From an uncultured delta proteobacterium (GTDB taxonomy: Bacteria > Desulfobacterota > Binatia > UBA9968): a stretch of 64,000 nucleotides of DNA. The notes under the pieces are model-generated. The model had not been told where the DNA came from, made no database searches, and saw only the letters and a list, made by a program, of their open reading frames with translations. Position numbers and translations under genes: made by a program. The stretch covers positions 640,001-704,000 of the forward strand of contig CAVYTU010000017.1 of the NCBI GenBank assembly GCA_963771465.1, written 5' to 3'. Numbering within the stretch: position 1 is the first letter of the stretch; the number at the start of each line of letters is the position of its first letter. Shown here in pieces: positions 18,833-29,412 of this stretch.

Positions 18833-21415
18833 ATGCTACGTTTACTAACGACCATCTCCTGGCGCCATGTGCGGCATCATCGGCTGAGAACCTGCCTGAC
18901 CTTTCTCGGCATGGCTCTCGGGGTCGCGGTGATCGTGGCGATCGCCATGGTGAATCGGTCGCTGACGACCTCATTTCAATCGACCATCGAACAGATCGCC
19001 GGTAAAGCGGTGCTGCAAGTTTCCAATAGCGAAAGCGGCATGGCGGAGTCGGTTTTCCCGACCGTACGCGATACCGAAGGGGTGCGAGATGTTGCCGCCG
19101 CGGTCGACGGTTTCTTGCCGGTGAGCGGTGTGCGTTCGGAGCGGCTGTACATCTACGGTGTCGACTTGCTTACCGATTTCGCCATGCGCGATCATCAGTT
19201 CGCCGGCGACGGTTTCGCCTTCGATAAAGCGCTCGATTTCATCGCCGCGCCGGACTCCATCGCGTTAACCGAATCGTTCGCGCGCCGCTACGACTTGAAA
19301 ATCGGCTCGACGATTGCGCTTAACACCAGCCGAGGCAAACAAAGTTACACCGTTCGCGCGCTGTTAAAGGAAGAGGGCACGGCGCGCGTGTTTGGCGGTA
19401 ACTTTGCATTGATGGACTTGCCGGCGGCGCAGGTCGCTTTCGGCAAAGAAGGCAAGCTCGATATTGTCGACCTCACGGTGGAAGCCGAAGAGAAAGTCGA
19501 AGCCGTGCAAGCGCGCTTACGTCAACGGCTGAACGGCGTTGCCGACGTCGAGCGTCCCGAAAAACGTGGCGAACAAATCGAGTCGCTGCTGACTTCGTTT
19601 CGCGTCGGGCTTTTCTTTGTCAGTTTGATCGCGCTCTTCGTCGGCTTTTTTCTGATCTACAACACGGTGTCGGTCTCGGTGGTCCAGCGCAAACGCGAGA
19701 TCGGCACGCTGCGTTGCATCGGCATGCGGCGCAGCGAACTGCTACGTTTGATCGTTGCCGAAGCGTTGATTCTAGCGGTCTTCGGCGCCGCTATCGGTTG
19801 TCTTATCGGCTGGCTACTGGCACAAGCGGCGTTGTTGGCCGTCGGCGAGACCGTGCGCAACTTGTTTTCCTCCATCGGACTTTCGGGCAGCAGTCTTTCG
19901 CCGCGCGAGCTGGTAGTCGCGCTCGTGAGCGCGGTCGGCGTCGCGTTGTTTGCGGCGTTGCACCCAGCCCTCGAAGCGATTCAAATCAGCCCGTTGGAAA
20001 CTGCCCGACAGGCCGCCTGGCGGCCGGTGTTTGACGACAGAAAATCCTGGGCAACGCGGCTAGGTCTCGTCTGTTTTATCGTTGCGCCGCTGCTGATTTT
20101 CTCCGCGCCGATACTATCGGGCGCGATCAGGCAATTCAGCATCGGTGTCGTCGGCATGCTGATCTTTTTGCTTGGGCTGGCGTTTTTCTCGCCGCTGATC
20201 ATCCGTTACGCGGCTAGAAAATTTTCGCAGTCATCGGTGCGCTTGCCTGGGATATCTTGGGCCGAGAGCAGGCTGGCGTCGGACAGCTTGGTGCGAAATC
20301 CGGTGCGATCTGGCATCACGGTCGCTACCATGGTCATCAGTCTGGCTGCGATCTTCACCATCGCGGCCTTCGTCAATAGCGTGCGCGGCTCGCTGCTCTT
20401 GTGGATCGATCAAATGGTTACTGCCGATATCATCGTCAGCTCCGGCGCGCGCACCGCCGGGCCGAGAAATGTTTCGCTCAGGGAGGAGCCGTTGCCGGGT
20501 TTGCAAGCATTGCCCGGCGTCAAGATTGTCGATCTCTATCGTCTGGTGCGCGCCAACTATCAAGGACGGCCGATCGTCGTCGAGTCGTTCTCCGCCGCGG
20601 CGTCGGCGCGCGTGCGCACCTTGCCGATGGCTGAAGGCGACGGCAGTCGCGCGCTGCGTGAAATGGGCGAAGGCAAAGGCGCCATCGTCAGCGAAAGTTT
20701 TCAGACTCGCTTCGGCAAAAATATCAACGACAGCATTGAACTGATCACCCCTTCGGGGCCGGCGACTTTCAAGGTGCTGGGGATTTACATCGATTATTCT
20801 TCCGACATCGGCAGCGTGTTGATCGATCGGGCGCTGTACAAGAAATATTGGCGCGACGAATTGGTCGATGCCTTCGATCTGTGGTTGGAACCCGGCGCGG
20901 ATATGGCGGCGGTGATTCAAAAGATCAAGGATGGCTACGGCGAGCGCTATCAGCTCTTCATCAGCACGCACCGCGAACTCAAGGACGCCGTCGTGCGCAT
21001 TATGGAGCAGTCCTTCGTGGTCAACTACGCGGTCGAAATCGTCGCCGTAGTGGTGGCGATCTTCAGCGTGATCAACACGCTCTTGGCGTCGATCTTAGAC
21101 CGCACCCGCGAGATCGGCGTATTACGCGCCATCGGCGCGACCCAAGCGCAAATACGCCGCATCGTCGTCATCGAGGCGGGCTGGATGGGTCTGATCGGCG
21201 GCCTGCTCGGTCTTTTTGCCGGTTCGGTGATGGCCTATCATCATGTGGTTTTTAATACCAAGCTGCTCACCGGCTGGACTTTTCAGTTCTACTATCCGTA
21301 CGGCATCGCCGCGCTCTCGATATTCGCCGCCGTCGTGTTGTGCCTGATCGCCGGCTATGGTCCGGCGAAGCAAGCCGCAGCGACACCGATTGTCACGGCG
21401 ATCGGCTATGAGTAG
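18833..21415 (+). CDS. FtsX/MacB-like ABC permease (double domain)
   Basis: Two R.REIG.LR.IG motifs, multiple TM segments, follows the ATPase. Confidence 0.92.
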   Translation: MLRLLTTISWRHVRHHRLRTCLTFLGMALGVAVIVAIAMVNRSLTTSFQSTIEQIAGKAVLQVSNSESGMAESVFPTVRDTEGVRDVAAAVDGFLPVSGVRSERLYIYGVDLLTDFAMRDHQFAGDGFAFDKALDFIAAPDSIALTESFARRYDLKIGSTIALNTSRGKQSYTVRALLKEEGTARVFGGNFALMDLPAAQVAFGKEGKLDIVDLTVEAEEKVEAVQARLRQRLNGVADVERPEKRGEQIESLLTSFRVGLFFVSLIALFVGFFLIYNTVSVSVVQRKREIGTLRCIGMRRSELLRLIVAEALILAVFGAAIGCLIGWLLAQAALLAVGETVRNLFSSIGLSGSSLSPRELVVALVSAVGVALFAALHPALEAIQISPLETARQAAWRPVFDDRKSWATRLGLVCFIVAPLLIFSAPILSGAIRQFSIGVVGMLIFLLGLAFFSPLIIRYAARKFSQSSVRLPGISWAESRLASDSLVRNPVRSGITVATMVISLAAIFTIAAFVNSVRGSLLLWIDQMVTADIIVSSGARTAGPRNVSLREEPLPGLQALPGVKIVDLYRLVRANYQGRPIVVESFSAAASARVRTLPMAEGDGSRALREMGEGKGAIVSESFQTRFGKNINDSIELITPSGPATFKVLGIYIDYSSDIGSVLIDRALYKKYWRDELVDAFDLWLEPGADMAAVIQKIKDGYGERYQLFISTHRELKDAVVRIMEQSFVVNYAVEIVAVVVAIFSVINTLLASILDRTREIGVLRAIGATQAQIRRIVVIEAGWMGLIGGLLGLFAGSVMAYHHVVFNTKLLTGWTFQFYYPYGIAALSIFAAVVLCLIAGYGPAKQAAATPIVTAIGYE

Positions 21416-21543
21416 GAACGATAGCCGCAAAAAACGCGAAGGTCTCAAAAAATAAAAAGACAATTCGACAGCAAAATTTTGAAGGCGTGCCAGGAAAACA
21501 GCACTCTTCCATTGCGCTCTTCGCGGGTAAATATCCGACTCTT

Positions 21544-22104
21544 TTACGAAGTCGGCAGCTCGGTGAACATGACAAAGCGGGCGCGGCGGTTTTGTACCCG
21601 GCAGGATTCGGTCTGTTCAAAGCAGGCGGGAGCTTCCTTGCCGTAGCTGATGGTGACTAGCCGTTCGGGGGAGACTCCTTGGTTGATTAGAAAACTCCTT
21701 GCGGTTTGCGCACGTTTGGCGCCGAGGGCGAGATTGTATTCCGCTGAGCCGACATCGTCACAATGGCCTTCGACTTCGACCCTGGCTTTGGGGTTGGCTT
21801 TCATCCATTCTGCGTTTTTTTTCAAAATTTCTTCCGCATCCGCTTCCAGTTCGACGCTGTCGAACTGATAATAAACATCCTTTAGTGCCGAGCCGGGAGG
21901 TGTTACGGCTGCGACCCCACGGCTAATCGCCTCCATCGCTGAGAGCGAGCGGGCGGAGGCCGGAGTACCGCTGAGCGATTGCGGCGCCGTAAAGGTACGC
22001 GGTGCCGCTGTGTCATTTGAGGAGCAACCAGCGATGGCAAAGGAAAATAAAAGAAATCTAATGACGGAAGTGATTTCAAAAACAGACGGACGATACAATC
22101 TCAA
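21544..22104 (-). CDS. pal: Peptidoglycan-associated lipoprotein-like (OmpA C-domain)
   Basis: Lipobox IAGC; VEGHCDDVGSAEYNLALGAKRA, ISYGKE, QNRR. Confidence 0.8.
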   Translation of the reverse strand: MRLYRPSVFEITSVIRFLLFSFAIAGCSSNDTAAPRTFTAPQSLSGTPASARSLSAMEAISRGVAAVTPPGSALKDVYYQFDSVELEADAEEILKKNAEWMKANPKARVEVEGHCDDVGSAEYNLALGAKRAQTARSFLINQGVSPERLVTISYGKEAPACFEQTESCRVQNRRARFVMFTELPTS

Positions 22105-22329
22105 TAGCCTAATCCTTCCACCAACCCTACCTAATCTGCTATATCCTCGCGATTTGACTCGCGCTTGTCAAGAAATTTTTTACGGCGATGGCGTAAGTGA
22201 AAGGCTTGGCCAGGGTCGAGATCGATCAGGAAATACAGGCGATATGAAAGAAGCAATTCGCTCTTGTCGCGACGAACTTCGCCTTCGCTCCGAATACCCT
22301 AAGCGCCGGCGGCCAAGATTCCCCAACGA

Positions 22330-23376
22330 CTAAGTCGACTCCTTGAGGATATCTTTGATCCGCTTGATCACGTCTGGCGGTTGGCTCACGGTCTTATCGA
22401 TTTTTTTCTGCAGATCGGCGCCGTTCAGGAAGCTTGTGCCGTCCCAGTCGACCAGCTTCTTCGCTTCGCTCAAGAATCCGGGATCAGTGAGCACTTTTTC
22501 AAAGCCATCACGCAGCAGCCTGAGCCGGTCGGCGGGAACGCCGGGCGGCGCGGCGAAGGGGCGGTCGAAGTCGGTGTAGGCGGTCATGATATCCATCAGC
22601 CCCAACGTTGCTTTCGCATTGGCCGGTGCCAATTCGTAAACGGTTGGCGTCGATTGCGGCAGCAGTCGGCTTTTTGTCGGACCTTGTTGGATGACGAAGA
22701 TCATATAGCCTTGCTGCGCCCAAGTGGGCCAAGGCGCGCGCACCAAGGTTATGTCCGAGCTGGCGCGGCAATCGGCTTCACCGCGCTCGACGCCGAGGTC
22801 GATCTCGCGCGCCGAGCCATAGCCGGTGACATGTTTCACTTTGAAATCAAAAATCTCGCTAACCAGAGCGCTGAATACGTAACTGATACTGCCAGTGCCG
22901 CCTTCGCCGAAGCGCGCTGGCGTCTTGGCGCTGCGCATCGCTTCGATGCTCGTGTACGGGGAATCTTTGCGGCAGGCGATCATCATCGGCGCGCGGTTGA
23001 AGCTGCCGATCCAGTTCAATTTGCGAAAATCCAATTTGACTTCCGGCCGTCCGACCATTTGCTCCAGGTAATTGGCCCGATTGACGGCGAGCAGGGTTAA
23101 ACCGTCGGGCTTGGCGACGTTGTATAGATAGTTCGCCGAAACAATGCCGCCGGCACCGGCCATGTTCTGGGTAATAATGTTGGGATGGCCGGGAAGGTAC
23201 TTGCCGAAGTAACGAGACAGCAGACGGCCCGCGACATCGGTAGCGCCGCCCGGCGATGTGGAGATGATCAATTGGATCGTTTTGCCCGCATAGAATGGGT
23301 TTGGCTCCGCGGCGTCGATGGAAAGCGGCCAACAGTGCATCAGCCAAATCATTAGCAAGAAGATTTTTCGGTGCAT
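22330..23376 (-). CDS. Tripartite tricarboxylate transporter substrate-binding protein (TctC/Bug-like)
   Basis: SPGGATD, NMAGAGG, AKPDGLTL, APPGVP motifs. Confidence 0.88.
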   Translation of the reverse strand: MHRKIFLLMIWLMHCWPLSIDAAEPNPFYAGKTIQLIISTSPGGATDVAGRLLSRYFGKYLPGHPNIITQNMAGAGGIVSANYLYNVAKPDGLTLLAVNRANYLEQMVGRPEVKLDFRKLNWIGSFNRAPMMIACRKDSPYTSIEAMRSAKTPARFGEGGTGSISYVFSALVSEIFDFKVKHVTGYGSAREIDLGVERGEADCRASSDITLVRAPWPTWAQQGYMIFVIQQGPTKSRLLPQSTPTVYELAPANAKATLGLMDIMTAYTDFDRPFAAPPGVPADRLRLLRDGFEKVLTDPGFLSEAKKLVDWDGTSFLNGADLQKKIDKTVSQPPDVIKRIKDILKEST

Positions 23377-23585
23377 TGGGTCTTCTCGTCGTTTAACAAG
23401 ATTTTTGAATGAGTCATGTTCTTAACAGGTTGCGTGCTTACTCTTCAACGACTCGTGCAATCATACTCGTCGCATCGATTGGCGCTCGTTGACAAAATTA
23501 GCGGATATCGGATATCTCCTTAAGCATGACACGCTAGCTAATTTTTTCCAGCTGGAAACCCTATAAACAGAGGAGGACGACTATT

Positions 23586-24749
23586 GTGGTAATGTTGGGC
23601 ACCGATATGAAAGTCGCCGAGACCCCGAAAGAAGGTCTCAAAGAGTATGTCAAAATCGATCCGTATACGGATTGGTTGAAGCAAGAAGGGGTGAAAGTCT
23701 ACGAAGAGTATTACTTTCCAAGCTTGGCAAAAATTGAGCTGGGACCGTGGGAACGTAAGGGCGGCAAGGGCGCGGTGGTGCACATTAAACATAACCACGT
23801 GCCCAACGATTGCCACGTCGTCGAGATCAAAGCCGGAGGTAAGTCCGAGCCTGAACATCATATGTATGAACTGACGTTGTACGTAGTGTCGGGCCGCGGC
23901 GCGACGTCGATCTGGCAGGATGAGAAAAAGAAAAGCAGCTTTGAGTGGCAAGCCGGCAGCCTTTTTTCCATTCCACTCAATTGTTGGTACCAAAACTTTA
24001 ACGGCAGCGGCCAAGAGCCGGCACGTTACATCGCGGTCACCAATGCGCCGCCGATGATGCGCCTGTACCGCGACAGCAATTTTATTTTTAACAATCCCTA
24101 CATGTTTACGTCGCGCTACGCCGGCGAAGAAGACTATTTCAGCGGCAAGGGCAAACTCTTCACTCGGCGCGTGTGGGAATCCAACTTCATCGCCAATGCC
24201 CCCGACATGCTGCTCTACGGCTGGAAGGAGCGCGGCGCCGGCGGTATCAACGCGATGCTCGAGATGGCTGATAACAATACCAAGAGCCATATCTCGGAAT
24301 TCCCCATCGGCACCTACAAGAAGGCGCATCGCCACGGACCCGGCGCGCATTTAGTTCTGCTCAGCGGCACCGGCGGCTATTCTTTGATCTGGACCAAGGA
24401 TGATCGTTCCGACATGATCAAATGCGATTGGCAGGTGGGTTCCATGGTCACCGTGCCCAACGATAACTGCTATCATCAACACTTCAATTCCGGCACGACG
24501 CGCGCGCGTTATCTCGCGTTACGGCCCGGCGATATGGGGCTCTATAAGAAAGGCCGCGGCGGCGGCGGCGACAACGCCGATCGGAGCTTGAAAGAAGGCG
24601 GCTGGCAGGTCGAGTATGAGGACGAGGACCGCGAGATTCACTCGATCTTCGAAAAAGAACTCAAGGCCCACGGCGCGACGTGTAAGATGAAAGCTTTCGT
24701 TCCCTGGTGCACCGGCGAAGTGGGGCCGACGAGCGAACGGGATACCTAA
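23586..24749 (+). CDS. Tandem cupin-domain protein
   Basis: Two cupin motifs (EHHMYE...WYQNFN; KAHRHGPG...YHQHFN); GAGGAGG RBS. Confidence 0.85.
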   Translation: MVMLGTDMKVAETPKEGLKEYVKIDPYTDWLKQEGVKVYEEYYFPSLAKIELGPWERKGGKGAVVHIKHNHVPNDCHVVEIKAGGKSEPEHHMYELTLYVVSGRGATSIWQDEKKKSSFEWQAGSLFSIPLNCWYQNFNGSGQEPARYIAVTNAPPMMRLYRDSNFIFNNPYMFTSRYAGEEDYFSGKGKLFTRRVWESNFIANAPDMLLYGWKERGAGGINAMLEMADNNTKSHISEFPIGTYKKAHRHGPGAHLVLLSGTGGYSLIWTKDDRSDMIKCDWQVGSMVTVPNDNCYHQHFNSGTTRARYLALRPGDMGLYKKGRGGGGDNADRSLKEGGWQVEYEDEDREIHSIFEKELKAHGATCKMKAFVPWCTGEVGPTSERDT

Positions 24750-24858
24750 GAGTTCGATTCAACGGAGAGCGCGGAGCAACGGTAGAGTAAAATAGGTTAG
24801 TTTTCCTATCGGCGCGGCCTAGGGTGTGCGACCGGGCCTCAGTCATGTATCTCGATGC

Positions 24859-25236
24859 CTATTTGCTTCTGCTGTCGTTCGTTTCTGGGCGTCGTGAACG
24901 ACTTTGGCGGATCTCGTCCGCCGCCAATCTCCGTTGAGCGGTAACCCGCGCGATCTCGACTCTTTTCTCCGCGATGTAAGCAAGATGCTCGACTTCGATT
25001 ACATCTTTCTCCTCTGTCCATAGCTGATCCGCAACGTCGAGAGTTTGTCCAGCCCGATCGAGCGCCGCCCCGGCATAACGGACGATCAACGGATCTTGGC
25101 GCGCTTGCCGATAGAGATCGCGGGTGTGCTCTAAGGCGGGATTGCGGACCGTTCCGCAACCGATCGTCAGAGCCGCCGGTAGCAACAGCATTATGCGAGT
25201 TAACCGCAGGACGAGAGAAATCGCGTCAATGCGCAT
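24859..25236 (-). CDS. DUF4398-like lipoprotein without C-terminal OmpA domain
   Basis: Lipobox TIGC; HLAYIAEKRVEIAR helix pattern. Confidence 0.7.
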   Translation of the reverse strand: MRIDAISLVLRLTRIMLLLPAALTIGCGTVRNPALEHTRDLYRQARQDPLIVRYAGAALDRAGQTLDVADQLWTEEKDVIEVEHLAYIAEKRVEIARVTAQRRLAADEIRQSRSRRPETNDSRSK

Positions 25237-25239
25237 AAA

Positions 25240-25674
25240 TTATTCCTGCTTGGGTGCCGTCGTGAGCGGCTTTCTTGACTCACGCTCGGCTTCGGTCTGC
25301 AGCGCGTCTACTCTTCTCTGTACGTCGTCGGCGGCCTGGCGCACGATCTCTGCCTCAGCCTTCGCTTCGGCAAGCTCCGCGTCCACCTGAGCACTTTGGG
25401 CGAGGCGGCGGGCATCGTCATATCTCTTGGCCGCCATGGCTTGTTTGGCTTTCGCTAGTTTTTCTACGGCAATAGTCAAGTTCATTGGCGCAAGCTCATC
25501 GGCTCGGGCGTCGCGAGCTGCGCGCACGCCCAGGTCTGCTCTCGCGAGAATTTCGGTGGGCGGTCTGCTCGTGCTGCAGCCGGACAAAGCGATGGTTCCG
25601 GCCAAAATCCATGTCGAACATCTAGCCCACTGTCGGCGCGGAATTCTTCTCGCCACATCATCAATCGCGATCAT
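25240..25674 (-). CDS. DUF4398-like lipoprotein
   Basis: Lipobox LSGC; ARRLAQSAQVDAELAEAKA; start uncertain. Confidence 0.8.
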   Translation of the reverse strand: MIAIDDVARRIPRRQWARCSTWILAGTIALSGCSTSRPPTEILARADLGVRAARDARADELAPMNLTIAVEKLAKAKQAMAAKRYDDARRLAQSAQVDAELAEAKAEAEIVRQAADDVQRRVDALQTEAERESRKPLTTAPKQE

Positions 25675-26224
25675 GACGCTTTCCCCAGATCTTTCCCTTG
25701 AGTTATTCACGTTGCCAGAAGACGGTCTAATTCATCGCCTTTTCGACCATCAATGCTAATCAGTCCAGAGATCCATAGGTGCAAACAGCATCAGCAGGCA
25801 CATCGCGCACCAGGAATGATAAAGAAGCGAAATGATATCAGATTGACGAGTTCCCGTTCCATGGTTTCGACGCTCCCTTTTGCCAACTCAGCAGCTATCA
25901 CCTCGATCTGGATTGTTGGCGCGGTGTCGGTTCGCTCGCCGCAGGCAATCTATCCAGCGACTGAGGGAGCAAACTTCGCGCCACGACACCGGTGTGAAAG
26001 AATTGCTTGAATTATTTAGAACTGGCCGCGCGGGTTGGCGCGTGGGCGGTTCGATTGTACGGAATCGACTCTATATTTGTATGTGATTTTCTGACAAACC
26101 GCAGAGGCTGCGTACCTTTAAATTAAATTCGGATGTCGAGCGCCTGGTAAACAGGAGTTTCGAGCGTAGGCATCGGCGGGAATTTCCTATGCAACGCTGA
26201 CGCTGGACAGCGAATTCATTGCCT

Positions 26225-27232
26225 TCACTTCTTGTCCAATTTCAATCGCTCGGCGGCTTTCTGAACAAAGGAAGGATCCAGGTAAGGTCTGGCGTCGCGG
26301 TTCTTAATTCCCTGTGGATTAAACCGCTCGTGGAAGCCGGTGATCATGCCTTCGATGCCAGCTTGCCAGGGAAATGGCAGCCCATTAATCGCGTCGTACT
26401 GTTTCAAGTAAGAATCATAGGTGCGTTCAAGAATTACCGAATCTTTTTGGCGCGTCGCTTCGATGATCGCTTTGTAGGCGATCTCGCGATTGGTGCGGAA
26501 GAACTGCATGGCTTCAACGATGGCGCTGATGTAGTCTTCCAGCGTCTTGCGATTACGATCACGGAAGGTTTTCATGACGGTCTGCGGCACACCGGCATAG
26601 GGCATTTTGAAATCGAGAAAATTTGCCAGTTCACGGTAGCCGGCTTTTTCCAGATCGTACTCGTTGGGAGGGTTCACCGTTACTCCATCGACCAGGCCTT
26701 GTTTCATGGCGGTCGCCCGGTTCGGAATACCGCCGGCCAGATAAACCAACTGCACATCTTTTCCCGGAACCAAGCCGAATTTGTCGAGATACAGGAGCGA
26801 TCCGTATTCGTCGAGACCGGCTCGTCCGACGCCCAGTTTCTTGCCTTTCAAATCCATGGGATTGCGGATCGCGGGATTGACCATCAACCTTAACGGTATG
26901 TAGCGCGTCTCGGTCGCCAGCACGACCAAATCGAAACCACCGGTGCCGATGGCGCGCGAGATCGCCGTGCCGCCGCCATACATCACTTGGATATTGCCGC
27001 TCGCCAACGCCGGCATGTAGGTCGACGGTCCTTGCATCAAGACCATCTCGACGTCGAGATTGTATTTGGCGAATAGGCCTTCCCTTTTGGCGATCCACCC
27101 GGGAGAGAATGTCGCCGCGGGAGAGGAATAGGCAACCACGAGTTTGGTCGCCTGAGCACCTGCGGGATTAAACCTCGCGAAATGAGAGATAAGCAGCAGG
27201 GTAATGGTAACGATGGAAAATCGACGGGTCAT
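26225..27232 (-). CDS. SsuA/NMT1-like ABC substrate-binding protein
   Basis: Signal peptide; WIAKREGLFAKYNLDVE, DLKGKKLGV. Confidence 0.9.
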   Translation of the reverse strand: MTRRFSIVTITLLLISHFARFNPAGAQATKLVVAYSSPAATFSPGWIAKREGLFAKYNLDVEMVLMQGPSTYMPALASGNIQVMYGGGTAISRAIGTGGFDLVVLATETRYIPLRLMVNPAIRNPMDLKGKKLGVGRAGLDEYGSLLYLDKFGLVPGKDVQLVYLAGGIPNRATAMKQGLVDGVTVNPPNEYDLEKAGYRELANFLDFKMPYAGVPQTVMKTFRDRNRKTLEDYISAIVEAMQFFRTNREIAYKAIIEATRQKDSVILERTYDSYLKQYDAINGLPFPWQAGIEGMITGFHERFNPQGIKNRDARPYLDPSFVQKAAERLKLDKK

Positions 27233-27390
27233 GGATAGATAGACGGTTTAATCCACTTTCAATGCGAATCGCAACCTTAAAATTCAACGTTTCTGGCGAC
27301 GGCATGTGCTTGAGTGGTGCCAGGTAAAATGATTAATGTGGCGACAGAACTGATCTCGAACTATTTTATAGCGCAAGACGAGGGACAAAG

Positions 27391-27888
27391 ATGTTTCGTC
27401 ATGTCGAGCTTCCGGCGGGGATTACGGGGCGGCTGCTGCTGCATAGCATGCCGGGGCGCTTTGAAGCGATCGAACGGGTTTGGCATCAGGTAAGGAGCGA
27501 TGCGATTGGCGCCATCGTCTGTTTGACGGAGCAATATGAAATCCACCTGAAATCCTCTCAATACGCAGAAGCCCTGGCAAGCGGGACGGTTCCTTGCACT
27601 GTCCTGCCATTTGAAATTCGTGAAGGCGGCGTGCCCGAAGACCGTAATGCCTTCTGGGGGCTTGCCAATGATGTCGCGAAGCGATTGCAGTGTGGGGAGG
27701 CGATACTGATTCATTGCGCCGGCGGTGTCGGCCGTACGGCAATGCTGGCCGTATCTGTTTTGCTGGCATTGGGCGAACCGATGAACGCGGCGGAAAGCGT
27801 CGTCTCGCAGGCTGGCTCCACGGTGGAAACCTCGCCGCAGGTCGAAATGCTTTCCTGGTGCGCGTCAAAGATGGGGATCGAGACGTAA
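27391..27888 (+). CDS. Cys-based tyrosine/dual-specificity protein phosphatase
   Basis: HCAGGVGRT (HCx5R) P-loop; VETSPQ. Confidence 0.88.
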   Translation: MFRHVELPAGITGRLLLHSMPGRFEAIERVWHQVRSDAIGAIVCLTEQYEIHLKSSQYAEALASGTVPCTVLPFEIREGGVPEDRNAFWGLANDVAKRLQCGEAILIHCAGGVGRTAMLAVSVLLALGEPMNAAESVVSQAGSTVETSPQVEMLSWCASKMGIET

Positions 27889-28035
27889 ACGGATCAGTCT
27901 ACGATCGTGAGAACGCTGTCCTTGCAAATCTTGCAATCGTTCGATTCTCGATGCCAGCCGCGGGGCCCTTGCTTGCCTACCGCAAATATAGGGATTTTGC
28001 GTTGTGTTCTTCGCTCATAGGGCCTACAGTGACCC

Positions 28036-28230
28036 ATGGCAAGAATAACCGTAGAAGATTGTTTGGATAAGGTTTCCAGTCGTTTTGAACTCGTACTGCT
28101 CGCGTCGGTTCGCGCCAAGCAGCTCCTTAAAGGCGCTAAGCCGCTGCTCGTCTCAGACAATCGAGAAATTGTTATCGCTCTTCGCGAGATCGCCGCGGGG
28201 AAAGTGCGCCGGGCTAGTCCTCTAGCATAA
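28036..28230 (+). CDS. rpoZ: RNA polymerase omega subunit
   Basis: [10 protein letters not shown]...[14 protein letters not shown]...ALREIAAG. Confidence 0.96.
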   Translation: MARITVEDCLDKVSSRFELVLLASVRAKQLLKGAKPLLVSDNREIVIALREIAAGKVRRASPLA

Positions 28231-28339
28231 CGGCTTGGCGCGCCAAGTTAAACGTTCTTGATCGTCACTCCTTGGTCAGTTCCATTGTCTCGATCTACTT
28301 GGGTCGTCGATTCCGCGCAGTTGACTGGATCAGCTTTGA

Positions 28340-29332
28340 TCAGCTGCGAAAGTGCGGGATCACATTTTTTGCAAATGCTTCCACGGTCTCGCTATAAACC
28401 GTCCGCGCCGGCGTGAGCATCAAGTGTTCTATGCCTGCTATCTTTAATTCTTCGATCCTTTCGATACATTCCTGCGGATTGCCAGCGATGGAGAAGCGCT
28501 GGATTAAATAATGGTTGACTAAATTAGGGTCGACTCGGTCTTCCATCGGCTTCATGACATCGAAGCCGGCCATGAACTTCTTGACGCCGTCGAGTTCCTC
28601 CGGCGGCACCGTCTCGTAGGTAAAGCGAAAGTTATGATGGGCGCGATTGGCCAGACGGTTGCGCACGATCTTTCTCGCTTTGTCGCCATCGTCGTTAACG
28701 CAGAGCATACCCGCGGCAATGATCGCGACTTCTTTTTCATTGCGGCCTGCCTGCTTGGCGCCCTCGCGGATTTTCTGCCGCGCCCAGTCATAGACGCGGA
28801 GGTCGAAGCCGGTGCCGAGGATGACGCCGTCAGCCGAGCGGCCGGCGAGCTGCAAGCCTTTCGGGCCTTCGGCTGAGACGTAGATCGGCGCCGGCTGAGT
28901 GATCTTGAAGCCGATGCCGAACTTGCCCGTCGGGAACGTCGCCGCGTTGCCGCGAACTAGATTGCGAATTTCACGAATGCCAACTTCGAATTCCTTCATC
29001 GGCGTGGCTTTCAAGCCTTGCGTGTAGACCGGTCCGTCGCCGGTGCCGAGGCCCATGATGGCGCGGCCTTTGGAGATTTCATTGAGCGATGCCGCTGCGC
29101 CGGCGATGACGGTGGGATGGCGGAAAACGATATTGGTGACGGCGATGCCGAGCAGCAAGCGCTGGGTGATCATGGCGCAGCTGGCAAGGGTTTGAAAGGA
29201 ATCGACGGAGCTCAGATGGCTCTCGCCGAGAAAGATGCCGTCCCAGCCGAGCTCTTCGGCGCGCACGGCGCGTCGGTGAATCTCGTCGATATTTTGAACG
29301 CCGCCGTGAAGGCTGTGGATACTGAATTTCAT
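28340..29332 (-). CDS. LLM-class flavin/F420-dependent oxidoreductase
   Basis: AEELGWDGIFLGESH, RHP, GRAIMGLGTG, LAGRSADG. Confidence 0.9.
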   Translation of the reverse strand: MKFSIHSLHGGVQNIDEIHRRAVRAEELGWDGIFLGESHLSSVDSFQTLASCAMITQRLLLGIAVTNIVFRHPTVIAGAAASLNEISKGRAIMGLGTGDGPVYTQGLKATPMKEFEVGIREIRNLVRGNAATFPTGKFGIGFKITQPAPIYVSAEGPKGLQLAGRSADGVILGTGFDLRVYDWARQKIREGAKQAGRNEKEVAIIAAGMLCVNDDGDKARKIVRNRLANRAHHNFRFTYETVPPEELDGVKKFMAGFDVMKPMEDRVDPNLVNHYLIQRFSIAGNPQECIERIEELKIAGIEHLMLTPARTVYSETVEAFAKNVIPHFRS

Positions 29333-29412
29333 TTCGATCGCTCCGGAGAATTAGCCGCAAGGAACACAAGGACGCAAAAAAAGCTGGCGGAGCAAGCTAG
29401 GTTCCGTGCCGA

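Noticed and set aside
22010-22333. 107-aa plus-strand ORF between pal and tctC-like genes
   Set aside because: Overlaps pal antisense and has no motif; probably non-coding promoter region
25708-25863. Minus-strand MERELVN...CAC-TGA-CC small ORF as a possible selenopeptide
   Set aside because: No recognisable homology or clear SECIS; likely chance
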